64,000 bases of DNA from Amoebophrya sp. A120 (taxonomy: Eukaryota > Protista > Dinoflagellata): positions 2,954,658 through 3,018,657 of the forward strand of contig CAJINV010000006.1 of NCBI GenBank assembly GCA_905178155.1, given 5' to 3'. Positions 23,501-34,996 of this stretch are shown in pieces (position 1 is the stretch's first letter; every line of letters begins with the position of its first letter). Made by a program: the position numbers and the translations under genes. The notes beneath the pieces were generated by a model that did not search any database, was not told where the DNA came from, and saw only the letters and a list, made by a program, of their open reading frames with translations.

Positions 23501-26500
23501 TGCGTGACCAAAAAGGCGCCCCAGACCTTTGCGCCGTCCACCAGGGTCGCGGCCGTGCGGCTGTAGTCGTCGACCAATATGCCACCAAAGACACACCCCC
23601 CCCTTACCGACTTCCCCCCCCCGCGAAGAGCACGAAGCCCGATGGACAACCGGCGAAAGGACCTTTACGGCCGAGAGGTAACATTGCCCGGATACCGATC
23701 GGGCGGAGAAGTTGCCGCGCACCTAATTCCGCTCGGGAATTCCGAAAACGCAGCGCGGCGGGGCGCAGCTGTGGGCCCGTGGCCGCCAGAAGTGGGGCGG
23801 CTCGCTTGGCGCATCGCGCGCGCGGCGCCCCTGCTTCACTGAATGAGCTTGGGCGGGCTGTCGCCCGCTTACGACCTGAGTCCGCCGAAATGGCGTCAGC
23901 TAAACTTCCAGAACCCGAAAAAAATACGAGAACAAGCAGCAAAAGCAAGAGAAGCTGCGAGGCAAATCAGCAATTTCCGACCGTAAACGGTGGCGGCCCC
24001 GCTCGAGCAGGGCCGCCGCCCTTGCATGCAGAACCTCAGCGCCTAGCTTACAGGGGGGGGGGCGGGGGGGGGGCGCGTCGCGCTTCTTAATGTCCACCAT
24101 CACGTACGGCGTGCCAAGCGGTTTCCAAAAACAGTGACTCCCCTGGGCGGCCGTTTCGTCGATGGCCCGCTGCCAGGAACCTTGGTCGCAGGCGGAAACC
24201 GTGGGCAGCTCGGTCCGCTGCCGCCGGCTCTTGTCGCGCGGGATGACCGACAGCTCCACGGGACCAACGAGCGCGCGGCAGATCTGGGCCATGTCCACAT
24301 CGAGCGCACGCACGTCGCCCGCACTGGGGTCCACAGGAGGCGCGCCGTCCGCGTTCTGCGCCGGGGTGCTGGCGGCTGCCTGCTGCGCCGCGGGTTGACC
24401 GAGCGGCCCACGAGAAGCTCCAACCAGAAGCGGCGCGGTTGTCGCGGCAGCGGTTGGCGCAGCTTTCGGCGGGACGGTAGGCGGCGCCCCGGTCGATGGA
24501 AGCGGCGCGGCCGTCGCGGTCGCCTTCGCTTTTTTCGCCGCAGGCCACATGGCCGACGAGTCGCCCGCGCCATCGTCGCCCGGTGGGAACTGCGGCGGCG
24601 GCGCGCCGTGTTGTGCGGCGATGCGGGCCAGGCAGGTGCGCTGCTTTTCCGACCAACGCGCGTAGCAAGGCAGCTCCTTCATGAAGGTGCGCTCCCAGTC
24701 CGTCAAGTTTCCCGCCCCAATGTCGTCGCGGACTTTGTCGACAGTGGATTTTTTCAAGCGGACCCCTTCCAGCTTCCGCTGAATGCGGTCCCACGTCGCC
24801 GCCCGCCTTTCCGTGTTGTCGACAAATTCGGGCGGCTTGTCCAACAGGTACTGCCGCTCGAATTTATCCAGGTACATGTGGAGCTCGGGATCGATCAGCT
24901 CGTCCAGGGCGGTGCGCGGCGGGGGGGCGTCCGAATCCCCCGACGAAGCCCGCGCCATGAAGTCACTGGCCCAGCTGGCTCCCGGCTGCGCGTCTCCCGG
25001 GGCACCCGCGCCCGGGTTGCCCCCCTGATCCTGTTGCCCGCTTTGCTGCATCGCTGTGCGTGCGTGCGCTGTTCGTTCGCTTTCCCTGCTGCTTTCGTTC
25101 GCTGCGTGCTGTCCCTGCGGGCGGTTGCTCTGCTCGGTTTCTTGCTGCTAGTTGTCTCCTGCTTGTGCTGCTCGCGCCAAGTTTTTTTGTGCGTTTTCCC
25201 CTTTAAGCGTTTGCGCTAAGTGTTTCGAGTTTGTTTGCGAAAGTTTTGCGACTAAATCCTTAACCTAGTGAAATCCCAAGCGGATACGTAGCGCCCTTAT
25301 AAAGAGTGGGTGAGCTAAGTTACCGGGTCGGGGTGTCATCGCTGTGGCATGGGGGGGATCGAGGCAAAACCTTCGCGAGATGAAACGAAAACTCCAACAC
25401 GGGAAACTAGCGCGAAAGCGAAGCCCGCAGGACGAAGGCAGCGCACAGCGCCTGCTGCACACAATGCAAAAAGAGGAGGCCAACGAGCACCGAGCGGCCC
25501 CGCCCGTGGCAGCGGACCGCGTGCCAAACATGGCGAAAACGACCGACCACGGGGCCCGCGCGGACTTTCGCGGAGTTGCCCCTTCGTTTGTGTCTTTGTA
25601 CGAATACCGAACGACTTCGATTTTTCTTCGCACGATTTACCGACAAAGAGCAGCGGGGCCTCAAAGTTTTTTTTGGTTTGCACGATACACCGAGCCAAAG
25701 CGTTCGCACGACAGGCCGAGCAGCTGAGCCAGGCACGGAAGCGAGGGAAGCGGCTCGCGCCATAGTCTAGAGGGAACTTACGCGCCAAAAGCTTGCTTGC
25801 ACATCAGACAGACAGGCCCGGGCGAAGTCCCGCCCTAATTGCAGACTAAAAACTTGCTAAATTGAACCGGCGCCCGGGCCCCGGCAGGCTTTGGGGTTTT
25901 CCGTGTTTTCAAGGCCCAGCGCAGCCGCGCAGCCGGCTCTTCTCTGGGTTTTCAGCTTTGGGGGCTTGGCCGCATTTTCGGCGGCCTTCCGGACGGTGGG
26001 TATGTCGCCCGTCTTGCGCGTATTTTGTGGCACGGGCCTGCCGGTTTGTCTCTCTGGGGTCCGGCTCGGAAATTCCGGCCTTCGGCGGGGTAGGGTTCCG
26101 GAGTCCGCTAAATTAGTCCGCTAATCGGGTCGCAAATTTTCAGAAAAGTGCCCAGAACGCAGTTGCTAATTTGCATTTCTAATAGTCAGCTAAAATTTTG
26201 GGCCTTTTCCGGAAGGGGTCTGCTAACCCCACTCCTAATAGTCATCTAATTGGTTCGGGCGTTGTGTTTTGGGTCTGCTAACCTGTAGCTAATTGCGCAA
26301 GGCAAGAAAATCCAATGGGATTTCCCTGTTGTTCGAGCAGGGTGTGAACAGCAGGGAAATCGCATTGGTTTTTGGCTTTGCTGACAAATTAGCAGACGCA
26401 TTCGCGCCCCGGGGGGGGCTTAATTAGCAGACAAATTAGCAGACGCATTAGCAGACACCAAAAAAAATTAGCACCCAATTAAAGACCCAATTAGCAGGGG

Positions 26501-29500
26501 CTTTCTTGGAATCGTCTGTGGCGTTTAGCAGACTCCCGCGAGGGGGTCGGGGGGGTAAAATTAGCAGACAAATTAGCACGGTTATCTCCGAGGTTGGTTT
26601 CCGTGCGGACATATTTGGGTTACCTTGGCCGGGCGCTTGGGCGCTCGTATTTGTTCGCGAGAACCGGCTTCCGGTAGTTGTCTGGCTTTGTTATCTGAAT
26701 TGCGTTAGAGGGCAGGTCGTCGCGTCCTCCTTCGTCCTTGTTGGCAGGCTTCTTTCTGTTGTGCCTCCGGGCATGGTTTCTGGCTTCGGGGGATTTGCAA
26801 ATTAGCAACTTTTTAGAGTCCGATTAAAGTTATTAGGTCGCCCGGGCCTGTCTGCCTGATGCACAAGCGCGCGGCCCCCGAAGCAACTAGAAAAAGAAAG
26901 AAACCCGCCGCCCCCCCTCGCCCCTCGCCTTCTCGGGGGGGGGGGACCGGGGGCCCATCGGCTAACTCGCGAGGCCATGGACGCGCGCGGGCCTTGGGGG
27001 GCAGAAAAACAAAACCCGCACCCTGGCTCGCGTCCGAGGGCAAAGTAAAAAACGCAGGAGGCGCAGCCGTCTGCGCCACCTGGGGGGGGCGCGCGATGGG
27101 ACGTCTTTGCGCGCCGCCTCGGTGCGCCAAAATGTATTGTGAAGGCGCGCCGCTACAATACAAATTTTGTAGGTGGGCAAAAAGACATACTTTCGCGGGC
27201 TCGGTGCTGCCATACGTTACAAACCGCACCGGGCTCGGTACTGCTTTTTGGCGGGTTTTCTCAATGAAAAAAGCGCGAAAATTGTAACGCCCCACATACG
27301 ATTTGGCGCACCGAGTCGTATGTGCGTACCTAGGCCACGTCATGCATTACAAATTTCCTCAGCATGAGAGATGAAATTTGTAATGCGGATTTACCTTAAG
27401 TAAAAGATTTGTAATGCAAGACTTGCATTTATACGAGTGCGATACTTTTGCACAGGATAAACTGCATCAACAATCAATTCATGGGCAGAATTATCAAATG
27501 CAAACACGTCTGGGTCTGGGAGATTTGTCATGCTAGTCTGGCATGACTCTGAACTCTGTATTGCGTGGCCGCAAAGACGAGCCCCCCTTGCCTGTTATGC
27601 AAAAGCGCAGTTATTTCTCATGCGGAGTACGCAATTCAGAACCACGTCCACGGGAAAACTTGTCATGCTTTGCAGCGCATTACAGTTTCCTCACTTTATT
27701 TCCTTCCTCGCATCACAAGTTTCCAGACATCCATGGATATTTGCATTCGATAAGAATGCCAGCGGTGGTTCCGAGCCCCGTGCCGGCGCCGCAAAGCACT
27801 GCTGCAGGCGTACCGGCTCCCGCACCGGCATCCAGTGCCAGTAGTAGAACAACGCCAACAACGACCAATTACGTCCAATCGAGCAGTCTATCCTGTGCAA
27901 AAGTATCGTACTCGTACAAATGCAAGTCTTGCATTACAAATCTTGTTCCCAAGGCAAATCTGCATTACAAATTTTATCTCTCATGCTAAGGAAATTTGTA
28001 ATGCATTTATACGAGTACGTGTACGATATTTTTGCAATGCATACAGTCCGTCAGCCAGCAACTACAACAGCAGTCCTTCGACTGCAAGCATCCTGGCAAA
28101 CGCGGCGAGTAGTCCGAGCCCGTCGCCGTCAGTTGCCTCCTCCTCGCCGTCTCCAGCGGGAGTCAGCCCCACGCCGCTATTCTGAGTAAAAACGTCCCCA
28201 TCCCAGAGTTGTCATCCAATTCTGCATGCCAAAAAAGTTTCTCATGCGGAGCCCTATGAGGAGCGTTTTCTCCTCGTGTTTTGGAATTTGTGGTACTAGA
28301 ATCAGAACGCTATGCTAGATCCGTCATGCTTCTGAACTAGCAAAACAGGATTACACTACGAGGACAAACTTGTCATGCCAGACAACCAAGGCTGGCTGAT
28401 TTGTCTAGCACATTTCCCATCTTGACTCTGGTGTGGGGACGCTTTTAATCAGGATAGCCTCTTCCCGCACCGGCACCCCTCACGCCGGAAACCATCACCC
28501 AAAACGCCGTACAAAAGCAGTTTGAGGTATGGGAGTGTCAGAATCGAAATCGACAAAGTCGAAATAAAATCTGCAATGCATGTAAACGTAAGACACGCAA
28601 GGCCTGTTTTGGGGACCAGGCAAATGAGACCGATTGCAATCCTCTTTAGGGGAGGGCGATGTGCTGCCAGAGTAGCATGGCAGGAGCAGTCTTCTTTGCC
28701 GAAACAGCATGACAGACTGGATTTTAGCGCTCCCAAAATTTGTCATGCGCTACTTGCAAACTGGGGCTCCAACCAGTATCGATTTTATGCATCACAAATC
28801 ATTTCGATTTTGCTGATTTCGATCCTGACAGTTCCATATGAGGGGATCCAACGGGTGCAGGTCTTGGGATTGAACGGCTACATCATTCCCTCGCACTTTG
28901 TATCAAATGTAAAAATGTCTGGGTCTGGAAGAATGCACCTTGTGATGCTGAATTTGGATTCCAAAAAAATCTGTATTGCATGAGCAGCAAAGGGAATGCA
29001 ATTTTTGCTACGCGGAGAGGGCATTTGTCGTGTGGAATAGGCATCGCGAAGCCTTCAAAAAGTCTGTGATGCTAGGGCATGCATCACAGACATCGTGGCC
29101 AATGCAAAACATGCATGACAAGTCTCAGAATCTTCCAGACCCAGACATTTTTACATTTGATACTTTGAGGAGGCCATGCGGGGGGGTTTTAGCCGGTACC
29201 TGGGGATCAACGTGTCGCAGATTACCATCAAGTATGGATTGCAAAAATGTCTGGGTCTGGAAGAATTCAAGACTTGTCATGCCAATTTTAGATGACCCAT
29301 GACGCCTGTAATGCATATCCTAGCATCACAGATTTTTACGATGCTTCCTGATGCCTATTCCGCATGAGAGACGCCGTCTCCGTGTAGCACAAACTGGACT
29401 CCTCTTGCTGGTCATGCAATACAGATTTTTTTAGAATGCAGAGACAGCATCACAAGTTGCAACCTTCCAGACCCAGACATTTTTGCATTTGATATCAAGC

Positions 29501-31331
29501 AGATGAGCGTGGTCGGGGACACGAGAAACTATCCTGTGCGAACGTATCGTACTCGTATAAATATGCAAGTCTTGCATCACAATTCACAAATCTTGCTCTT
29601 CAGGTAAATCCGCATTACAAATTTTATTTCTCATGCTGAGGAAATTTGTAATGCAAATGCATTTATACGAGTGCGATACTTTTGCAATGCATAGAAACTC
29701 GTTGGTGATGAATTCTGCACGGCAAAGGCTTTTACTCGACGACCAGATGTTGGAGGACAGAGGAGAACAAGGCGAACCTGACCGGCATATTAGCAAATCT
29801 GATGTCATGCTAGTAGAAAACAAGAACCTCCAGCAAACAAACTCCCTGCTCACCGAAGTTATTTCATCGTCCAACGCGCGCAGGCTACAGACGCGGAGTC
29901 AAACCTTATCGTACGAAAAAGTTTGTTTCGCTGCAAGCATTTTGCAAAAACTTTTGCATCTTCACAAGCGTGCTGTTTATGTTCTACATCACAGAGAAAA
30001 TTTGAATTTGCCGTACGAGATTTTTCCTAAGGGAAAACACAGCTGGAAATTAATCCATCGTCTTTCATTTCGTGTAGCAAGACAAACACTGCTCAGATAC
30101 ATTGTCCTCTGCATAATTACAATTTTACAGTGAAACAGTTTTTTCTTGCGATAAACCTCGATCGACGTGCACTATGTCATCGAAATGGTGGTTCTCAACT
30201 CGTCGGCGGCGCAAGCGACGTCTACCGATTCGCAGGTGCAGAAGGTGTATTCATTGCAAAATTGTCTGGGTCTGGAAACTTGTGATGCAACTTGCATTAT
30301 GCAAGGAAGGGAATGGTGGCGTCACTATGTATTATGCGCGGGCTAGCATGACAAGTTTTTTCGTGGTTCTGTGTTGCGTATCCCGTATGGAAAACTGCGT
30401 TTTTGCACGACACGGAGAAAAAGCTCTTTGCGGCCACGCAATACAGAGTTTAGAGTCATGCCAGACTAGCATGCCAAACCTCGCAATCTCCCAGACCCAG
30501 ACATATTTGCACTTGATAAGGTCGAATCGCTGACAAACGGCGCGGTAAACGCGAACACGAGTGTATCGTAAGGAAAAATGTCCCCTCCCCAGATTAAAAA
30601 CGTACTTCTCAGAAAATTTGTAATGCTGATTCGTGACCACAAATCTTTTTGTCTTGCAAGAAGGCAATTCTACAGTCTCCGCCGCATTATGCGGACGGTT
30701 TGTGATGCTGCTTGGGCTACAGCGTAGACATTTGCGATGCTAAGCGTCCACGTCAGAAGCCCTGTACTCAGGCGCGGCATATGCCTGCAGTCCTCTACTG
30801 CAAGACAGCTCGGATTTGTGTACGGAAATCCAGCATAAGACAGCTTCGTTTTGATACTGGGAGGGAAAGCTTTTTACTTTTGATAGAATGACGCGGAGCT
30901 GTTGCGAGCGTCACTCGACTATGCAAAGAAAAAACTGTTTCACTGTGATGATTTTGCAAGATCTGCATCACAAGTTTGCTACACATGAGACTAAAAACCT
31001 GTCATGCGCGTTTAATACCAAGGGAAAACACGGTTGAAACTCCAATGCTCTATGCAGGTGTAGCAAGACAAATACGTTGTGTGCTCCATTCTATGCATCA
31101 CAAGTTTACAGGGAAGCAGGTTTTTCGTGCGATATCGACATGGAGATCTCTACTAGAGTGCCCGGTCTCACCGTATCATCCGCCACGGCGATGCAGCCTG
31201 CGAGAGGGGATTTGTCCAGCAACGCAGTGACGCGGTATGGAGCTTCTACAAGCGGCTCGTTACTCCTGTCGCATTTCGTTGCAGGCATCGGGTTCTGGTT
31301 CGGGATGTTTGGGTTGCTGGTGTTGGGGTGA
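14544..31331 (+). CDS. Secreted/surface protein with DUF5602 (TTHB210-like) domain, S/T/P-rich linker and hydrophobic C-terminus (TM or GPI signal); 24 introners
   Basis: Spliced product has an N-terminal hydrophobic segment (MIFFFSTILFLAHQPVTA), then HFASVDWQPCGHKDVVICHGESHYDFHLYY, AMPNSGIHYGDK and TVLGSYDCKLTFFEPMFSW, which match my recollection of DUF5602 motifs (WNPxGH, PHFDFHFY, GSYDGxxxFxEPM). It ends FWFGMFGLLVLG*. Introners: 14687-14842, 14921-15183, 15235-15520, 15600-16015, 16071-16371, 16445-16723, 16981-17246, 17284-17430, 17484-17745, 17809-18056, 18178-18501, 18578-18853, 18880-27459, 27492-27752, 27889-28043, 28178-28456, 28528-28838, 28901-29162, 29233-29494, 29530-29693, 29907-30153, 30248-30518, 30564-30885, 30920-31134. 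Confidence 0.85.
15753..15891 (+). mobile_element. 5'-truncated non-LTR retroelement (LINE/SINE) 3' end inside an introner
   Basis: 16-bp direct repeat CTGCATCTTCTTCTTC at 15737-52 and 15892-907, a (TAC)n tail, and an internal tandem copy of GGTAT[C/T]GGCAGAGGCTAAATCTGTTCTAACGCC. Confidence 0.7.
16445..16723. mobile_element. Introner family C (TATCCTGAGTAAAAACGT.CCCAC.CCAGAGT), ~280 bp
   Basis: TSD GGACG. Other copies start at 11820, 12150, 15235, 28178, 31639, 37263, 46733, 48375, 49923, 57585. Confidence 0.95.
20081..23649 (-). CDS. Retroviral-type (rve) DDE integrase/transposase with HHCC zinc finger and GPY/F-type C-terminal module; multi-exon
   Basis: AHEETHGGREAT...YFRGMK...CLACQR (HHCC); PLDRWALD (D1 ~22675); RYLFVAVE; WVTGYCFLEPIERKS; FFGVGLEYHTDNG|TEF (D2 ~21881); SPGRPMSNGQAEK (E ~21671, D-33-E); GKSAARLLYG; LQIGQSVFLK...WHGPGTV...HRDNLKP. 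Interruptions: introners 22394-22645, 22136-22362, 21313-21550; GT-AG intron 21929-22062; GT..CG intron 21769-21876. The true 5' end is uncertain. Confidence 0.88.
23900..25051 (-). CDS. Upstream ORF of the Ginger-like element (unknown function; possibly the first exon of the integrase gene)
   Basis: 383-aa ORF with a protein-like core (LDELIDPELHMYLDKFERQYLLDKP...WERTFMKELP). A GTAAGC donor-like site near 24050 suggests splicing to downstream exons. Confidence 0.55.
   Translation of the reverse strand: MQQSGQQDQGGNPGAGAPGDAQPGASWASDFMARASSGDSDAPPPRTALDELIDPELHMYLDKFERQYLLDKPPEFVDNTERRAATWDRIQRKLEGVRLKKSTVDKVRDDIGAGNLTDWERTFMKELPCYARWSEKQRTCLARIAAQHGAPPPQFPPGDDGAGDSSAMWPAAKKAKATATAAPLPSTGAPPTVPPKAAPTAAATTAPLLVGASRGPLGQPAAQQAAASTPAQNADGAPPVDPSAGDVRALDVDMAQICRALVGPVELSVIPRDKSRRQRTELPTVSACDQGSWQRAIDETAAQGSHCFWKPLGTPYVMVDIKKRDAPPPRPPPCKLGAEVLHARAAALLERGRHRLRSEIADLPRSFSCFCCLFSYFFRVLEV
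25795..26868. mobile_element. ~1.07-kb foldback/MITE-like segment inside the Ginger-like element
   Basis: Inverted ends GCTTGCACATCAGACAGACAGGCCCGGGCGA / TCGCCCGGGCCTGTCTGCCTGATGCACAAGC. Interior has many GCTAAT/ATTAGCAGAC repeats. No clear TSD. Confidence 0.6.
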
Positions 31332-31924
31332 GCGTGAACGTGGAAGGAAGTTTTTTTTCCACTTCTTGTGCGTTTCTGTTTTCTTCGTTTTGAGTATAAT
31401 TTTTGACTCTTCAAGAACAATTTCAATTGCAATAAATTGCACAATATGCAGTGCAAAAGTATCGTACTCGTATAAATGCATTACAAATTTCCTCAGCATT
31501 ACAAATCAAATTTGCAATGCTGATTTACCTTGAGAAAAAGATTTGTAATGCATAAATGCAATTACTACGAGTACGATACTTTTGCACAGGATACACAAGT
31601 GCTCCTCGCCGTGTTGGCGAATCGTGTCTATCTTTTTCTATCCTGAGTAAAAACGTACCCACACCAGAGTTGTAATGCAAATCTGCATGCTGAAAATGTT
31701 TCTCATGCGGAGCCCCATGAGAAGCATTTTCTAGTCGTGTTTTGCAATTTGTCATGCTCCAATCAGCATGGTATGCTAGATCTGTGATGCTGCTGAGCTA
31801 GCTCAAACAGCACTACACTACGAATCCAAATTTGTCATGCAAAACAGCCAAAACTTGTGGATTTGTCTAGCCGATTTCCCATCTTGACTATGGTGTGGGT
31901 ACGTTTTTACTCAGGATATTTTCT

Positions 31925-32940
31925 TGTGGCAGTGGCAGAAACTTTTTCCTTCAAAACTTTTTTTTTTTTCCATGCGCATCACCCAGCGCGAAAAGTAGAT
32001 ATCGTCTCAGCGGCGACTATCTCACGCGTGAGCGCTGCGGCTCTATGCCCGTGGCAAATTTGCTGGTCTGCATGCAGGAACAGGACGGACTTTGCCGCCG
32101 GTTGCGTCCCGGGTCCGGTCCGTGACGGCAGGCGCAGGAGCCGGACAAACACCGTATGGAATGGCGCTGGTCGGATAAAAAGAATCAATTATGCAGCCAA
32201 GCCGAGGCCGTCTGTGCCGCGGCTCGTAGCAAAGAGCCGGCCCTTGCCCCGGTAGGCAAAACAGGTGGCCACGTCCGGTTGTCAAACAATTCAAAGCTAA
32301 GCGCGACGGCCCCAATGACTTAGGCGCCGCGGATACGCCACGACTTCGGGTTTTGGTCTCGGGCCAGCGCTTTTCAGCCCCGGTTGTTTTACAAAGAGCA
32401 AAAGGATGTTGCGTCTCCGTAAGCAAACAAAAGCCCCTAGGGGGTACCCCAGAGGCACCCCCAAACCCCTTCCTTTTTGGGCCTCCTCAGAGGGGTACTC
32501 CCCATTGGCATCTCCACGAAGGGGGGTCCCCCAACCCCCCCCCCCCCCCCGGGGGGGCCGAGCCCCCTTTTTGCTTCCGCAAGTTTTCAGCTTTTCAAAA
32601 GCGATGTCCGGGAAAATGATCACGCGAACCCGGTAAGGATGGGTTTTACACAGCCGGGCCCGGAATAAAGTGGACGACTTTATTGGCTTCTGCGCCTACA
32701 CTGTCTGCGCCTCACAGAGTACTTTGGAAGCAAGGGCGCGCCAGGTCCCCTGGCCATGCTCGTTTGAGACTGCCGCCCTTGTGCGATCCGTCAGACTTGC
32801 GCCGCTATATCCTGCACTACTTCTCGATCTCGACGCGCCAAGGCCGCGGCGGGGGACCTACCTGCCGCGCACCTCTAGGCCAAGGCGCTAGGGACGAAAA
32901 AAAAGAAGTTTTGAAGGAAAAAATTTCTGCCAGTGCCATA
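31925..32940. mobile_element. 1.0-kb non-coding TIR element (TGTGGCAG.. / ..GTGCCATA)
   Basis: ~45-bp TIR T[G/A]TGGCA[G/C]TGGCAGAAA[C/T]TTTTTCCTTCAAAACTT. Flanked by a 29-bp direct repeat (31611-31638 plus 31924; 32941-32969). Confidence 0.8.
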
Positions 32941-34790
32941 GTGTTGGCGAGTCGTGTGTATCTTTTTTTTGTCAAAATGAAAAATCCCCCCTCCCCATAT
33001 CAAAACGGAAATTTGCGATGCTGATTTGTGGCCACAAATCAGCTTTGTATTCCAGAGAGGCATTGCGGCCAGATCCCCAGGCTAGATAGGGGCGCATGGG
33101 TCTAGTTGTTCAGCATGGCAAACGGCCCCCCTTTAGGCCCAACAGCATGACAAATCGCCTCCATAATGGGGCGGAAGCTTCTGCCCTTGTCTTCTTGCAA
33201 GACAGATGTGATTTGTGACCTCAAATCCGCAACGCAAATTTTTGGAAACATACCTTTTCAATATGGGGAGGGGGGATTTTTCCTCTCAATATTTCTATGT
33301 CAGAAGTTAAGCTTTTTTTGTGTGGAGGTTGAGGGCAAAAGCAAAAGCAAAACCATTTCGCCCTCTACCCTATTGCTATTTAAATTTTATTTATAGACGT
33401 TCTTTTTCTGTTACTGTTTGACTTTGAGTTTGTTCTAGAACTTCTACCCCAACCACCAATTCTTTTTCGTTCGGAACTTTTTCCCTAGTGTTCAGCGGGT
33501 CGTGAATTTTTTTGTTCACGTCGAGTTTTTGTTCTCTAGTAGGTAGCTCTACAGCTACTTTTTTCAAAAACATGTGTTAAGATTGCGAAACAAACAATGG
33601 CTACTTACGTAAAAAATGCTGTACGTAAAAATGTGTGAAGATGAATTTCGACCATAATAATTTGAGAAGCACAAACGGAACGGAGCCAGGAGAAGCTCCG
33701 GTCGTGGTCAGCCTGTGAATACAATGCGTCTCGGAGTGAAACACTTCAGGAACAGAATCTTCTTCAATTATATTGTCCTCTCTTTCGGTTTATTGAACAC
33801 ACAAGCTGCGCCTCCGTAGTTCCGCAAGACAAAAGACGAAAAACACTCGGCTCTTCGTGCGGACGAGCGGCTTGTGCTGTAGATACGATTAATTACGTAG
33901 TAGTACCTCTACAAGAACATGCGACGTAGTAGTGTCGGTGCTAGTGACTAGTATCTTTAGCAAAACTTCATTCATAGCTTGTCAGAGCCCCGCTCTACTA
34001 CTTCATCGGTAAAAGTAAAGTATACCATCGGTGTTTTCCTTACCTCGATTCAACAACATCGCTTGCGTCTCATCTGGAAAGCTGTCTGTCTGTTTGGCGT
34101 TGATTGTGATTCGGTTGGTGTGCGGGGGACGAGATCGGGCTGTTTAGTGCCACATAATTATACAAGAAGGCGTGCAAATGATCAGAGTCGGTATGGCTGT
34201 GTATCCTTGTCGTGGTTCATCTTCATCTGCCGTACAAGATAGATGCAGAGGCTGCCACCTGGAATCGGTTCTTCGTTCTTAGTACAACTCAATCGTCGAA
34301 GCCACGATATAAAAAATAGTCGTACTATTCTTTCGTTCCTTGCAAAACTATCGCTCAAACATGGAAATTGTTTGCCTCGGTTTTCGTGCATCATGTTGCA
34401 GCTCGTGCAAGGAAGCACTTTGCAAGACCTGGGTCTTGTCTTCTGCAGAGCATGTAAGTCTAGTGCTGAGTAGTGTTATTTGAGTATCTTCCTTAAAACC
34501 AAGTAAAAAACAGTCGTAAAAATAAAATCCACAACTACTTCTGCCACAGCTGCAACTCATCCTCCCCTGTAGTTCTTCAAAGTAAAAGAATAAGAATCCT
34601 CTTCCGGGCGTCGTCTTGTGCTTTTCTTTGTGCAAGCAGTTGTATTCTTTTTCCCCACTTGCTGACACGACAGAGCGGAGTTTTTGCGCAAACTAAGCTC
34701 CTTTTGACAACCTTAAAACTAACGAGATTTCTTTTCGAACTGAACACACCAAAAAACTTTCTCTCACTCCACTAAAGAGCTTTTCTTGAA

Positions 34791-34996
34791 TATGGAGAGA
34801 AAAAAGTTTGTCACAGTCACTAACCTGCAGGTTTTGCATTACAAATTTTCTCAGCATCACAAACTTTCCTTGTATTGCAGAAACAGTAGGGAAATCCCCG
34901 ATGAAGTGTGGCTCTGATGCGTTTTTACGCATGACAGAAAATTTTGTATTGCGAAAATGCGCATGAGTGATCGTGACGAACTTTTTTCCTTTGATA
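34791..34996. mobile_element. Introner family J (TATGGAGAGAAAAAAGTTTGTCAC)
   Basis: TSD TTGAA. A copy in the opposite orientation lies at 2195-2423. Confidence 0.88.

Larger units (their letters stand above)
18916..27342 (-). mobile_element. 8.4-kb Ginger-like (retroviral-type integrase) DNA transposon inserted in an introner
   Basis: Ends TGACGTCGCCTCGGTA / TACCTAGGCCACGTCA form an inverted repeat. Flanked by TGCA duplication (18912-15, 27343-46; alternatively a 6-bp ATGCAT). Subterminal GGCGCACCGAG/CCTCGGT repeats at both ends. Splits family-B introner 18880-27459. Encodes integrase; no LTRs or RT seen. Confidence 0.88.

Noticed and set aside
20108-25219. Long + strand ORFs 20108-21391, 23347-24090 and 24134-25219
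   Set aside because: They are antisense shadows of GC-rich minus-strand coding sequence.
18916-27342. Gypsy/Copia LTR retrotransposon
   Set aside because: Ends are inverted, not direct, repeats and no RT/RNase H was recognised. The ILVDDYSR string near 23570 lacks RT context and lies upstream of the HHCC motif.
18916-27342. The 8.4-kb element as the direct autonomous parent of the introners
   Set aside because: Its termini (TGACG..CGTCA), TSD (4 or 6 bp) and subterminal motif (CCTCGGT) differ from TAT..ATA, 5 bp and GCATNACAA. Cross-mobilisation is not excluded but is unsupported.
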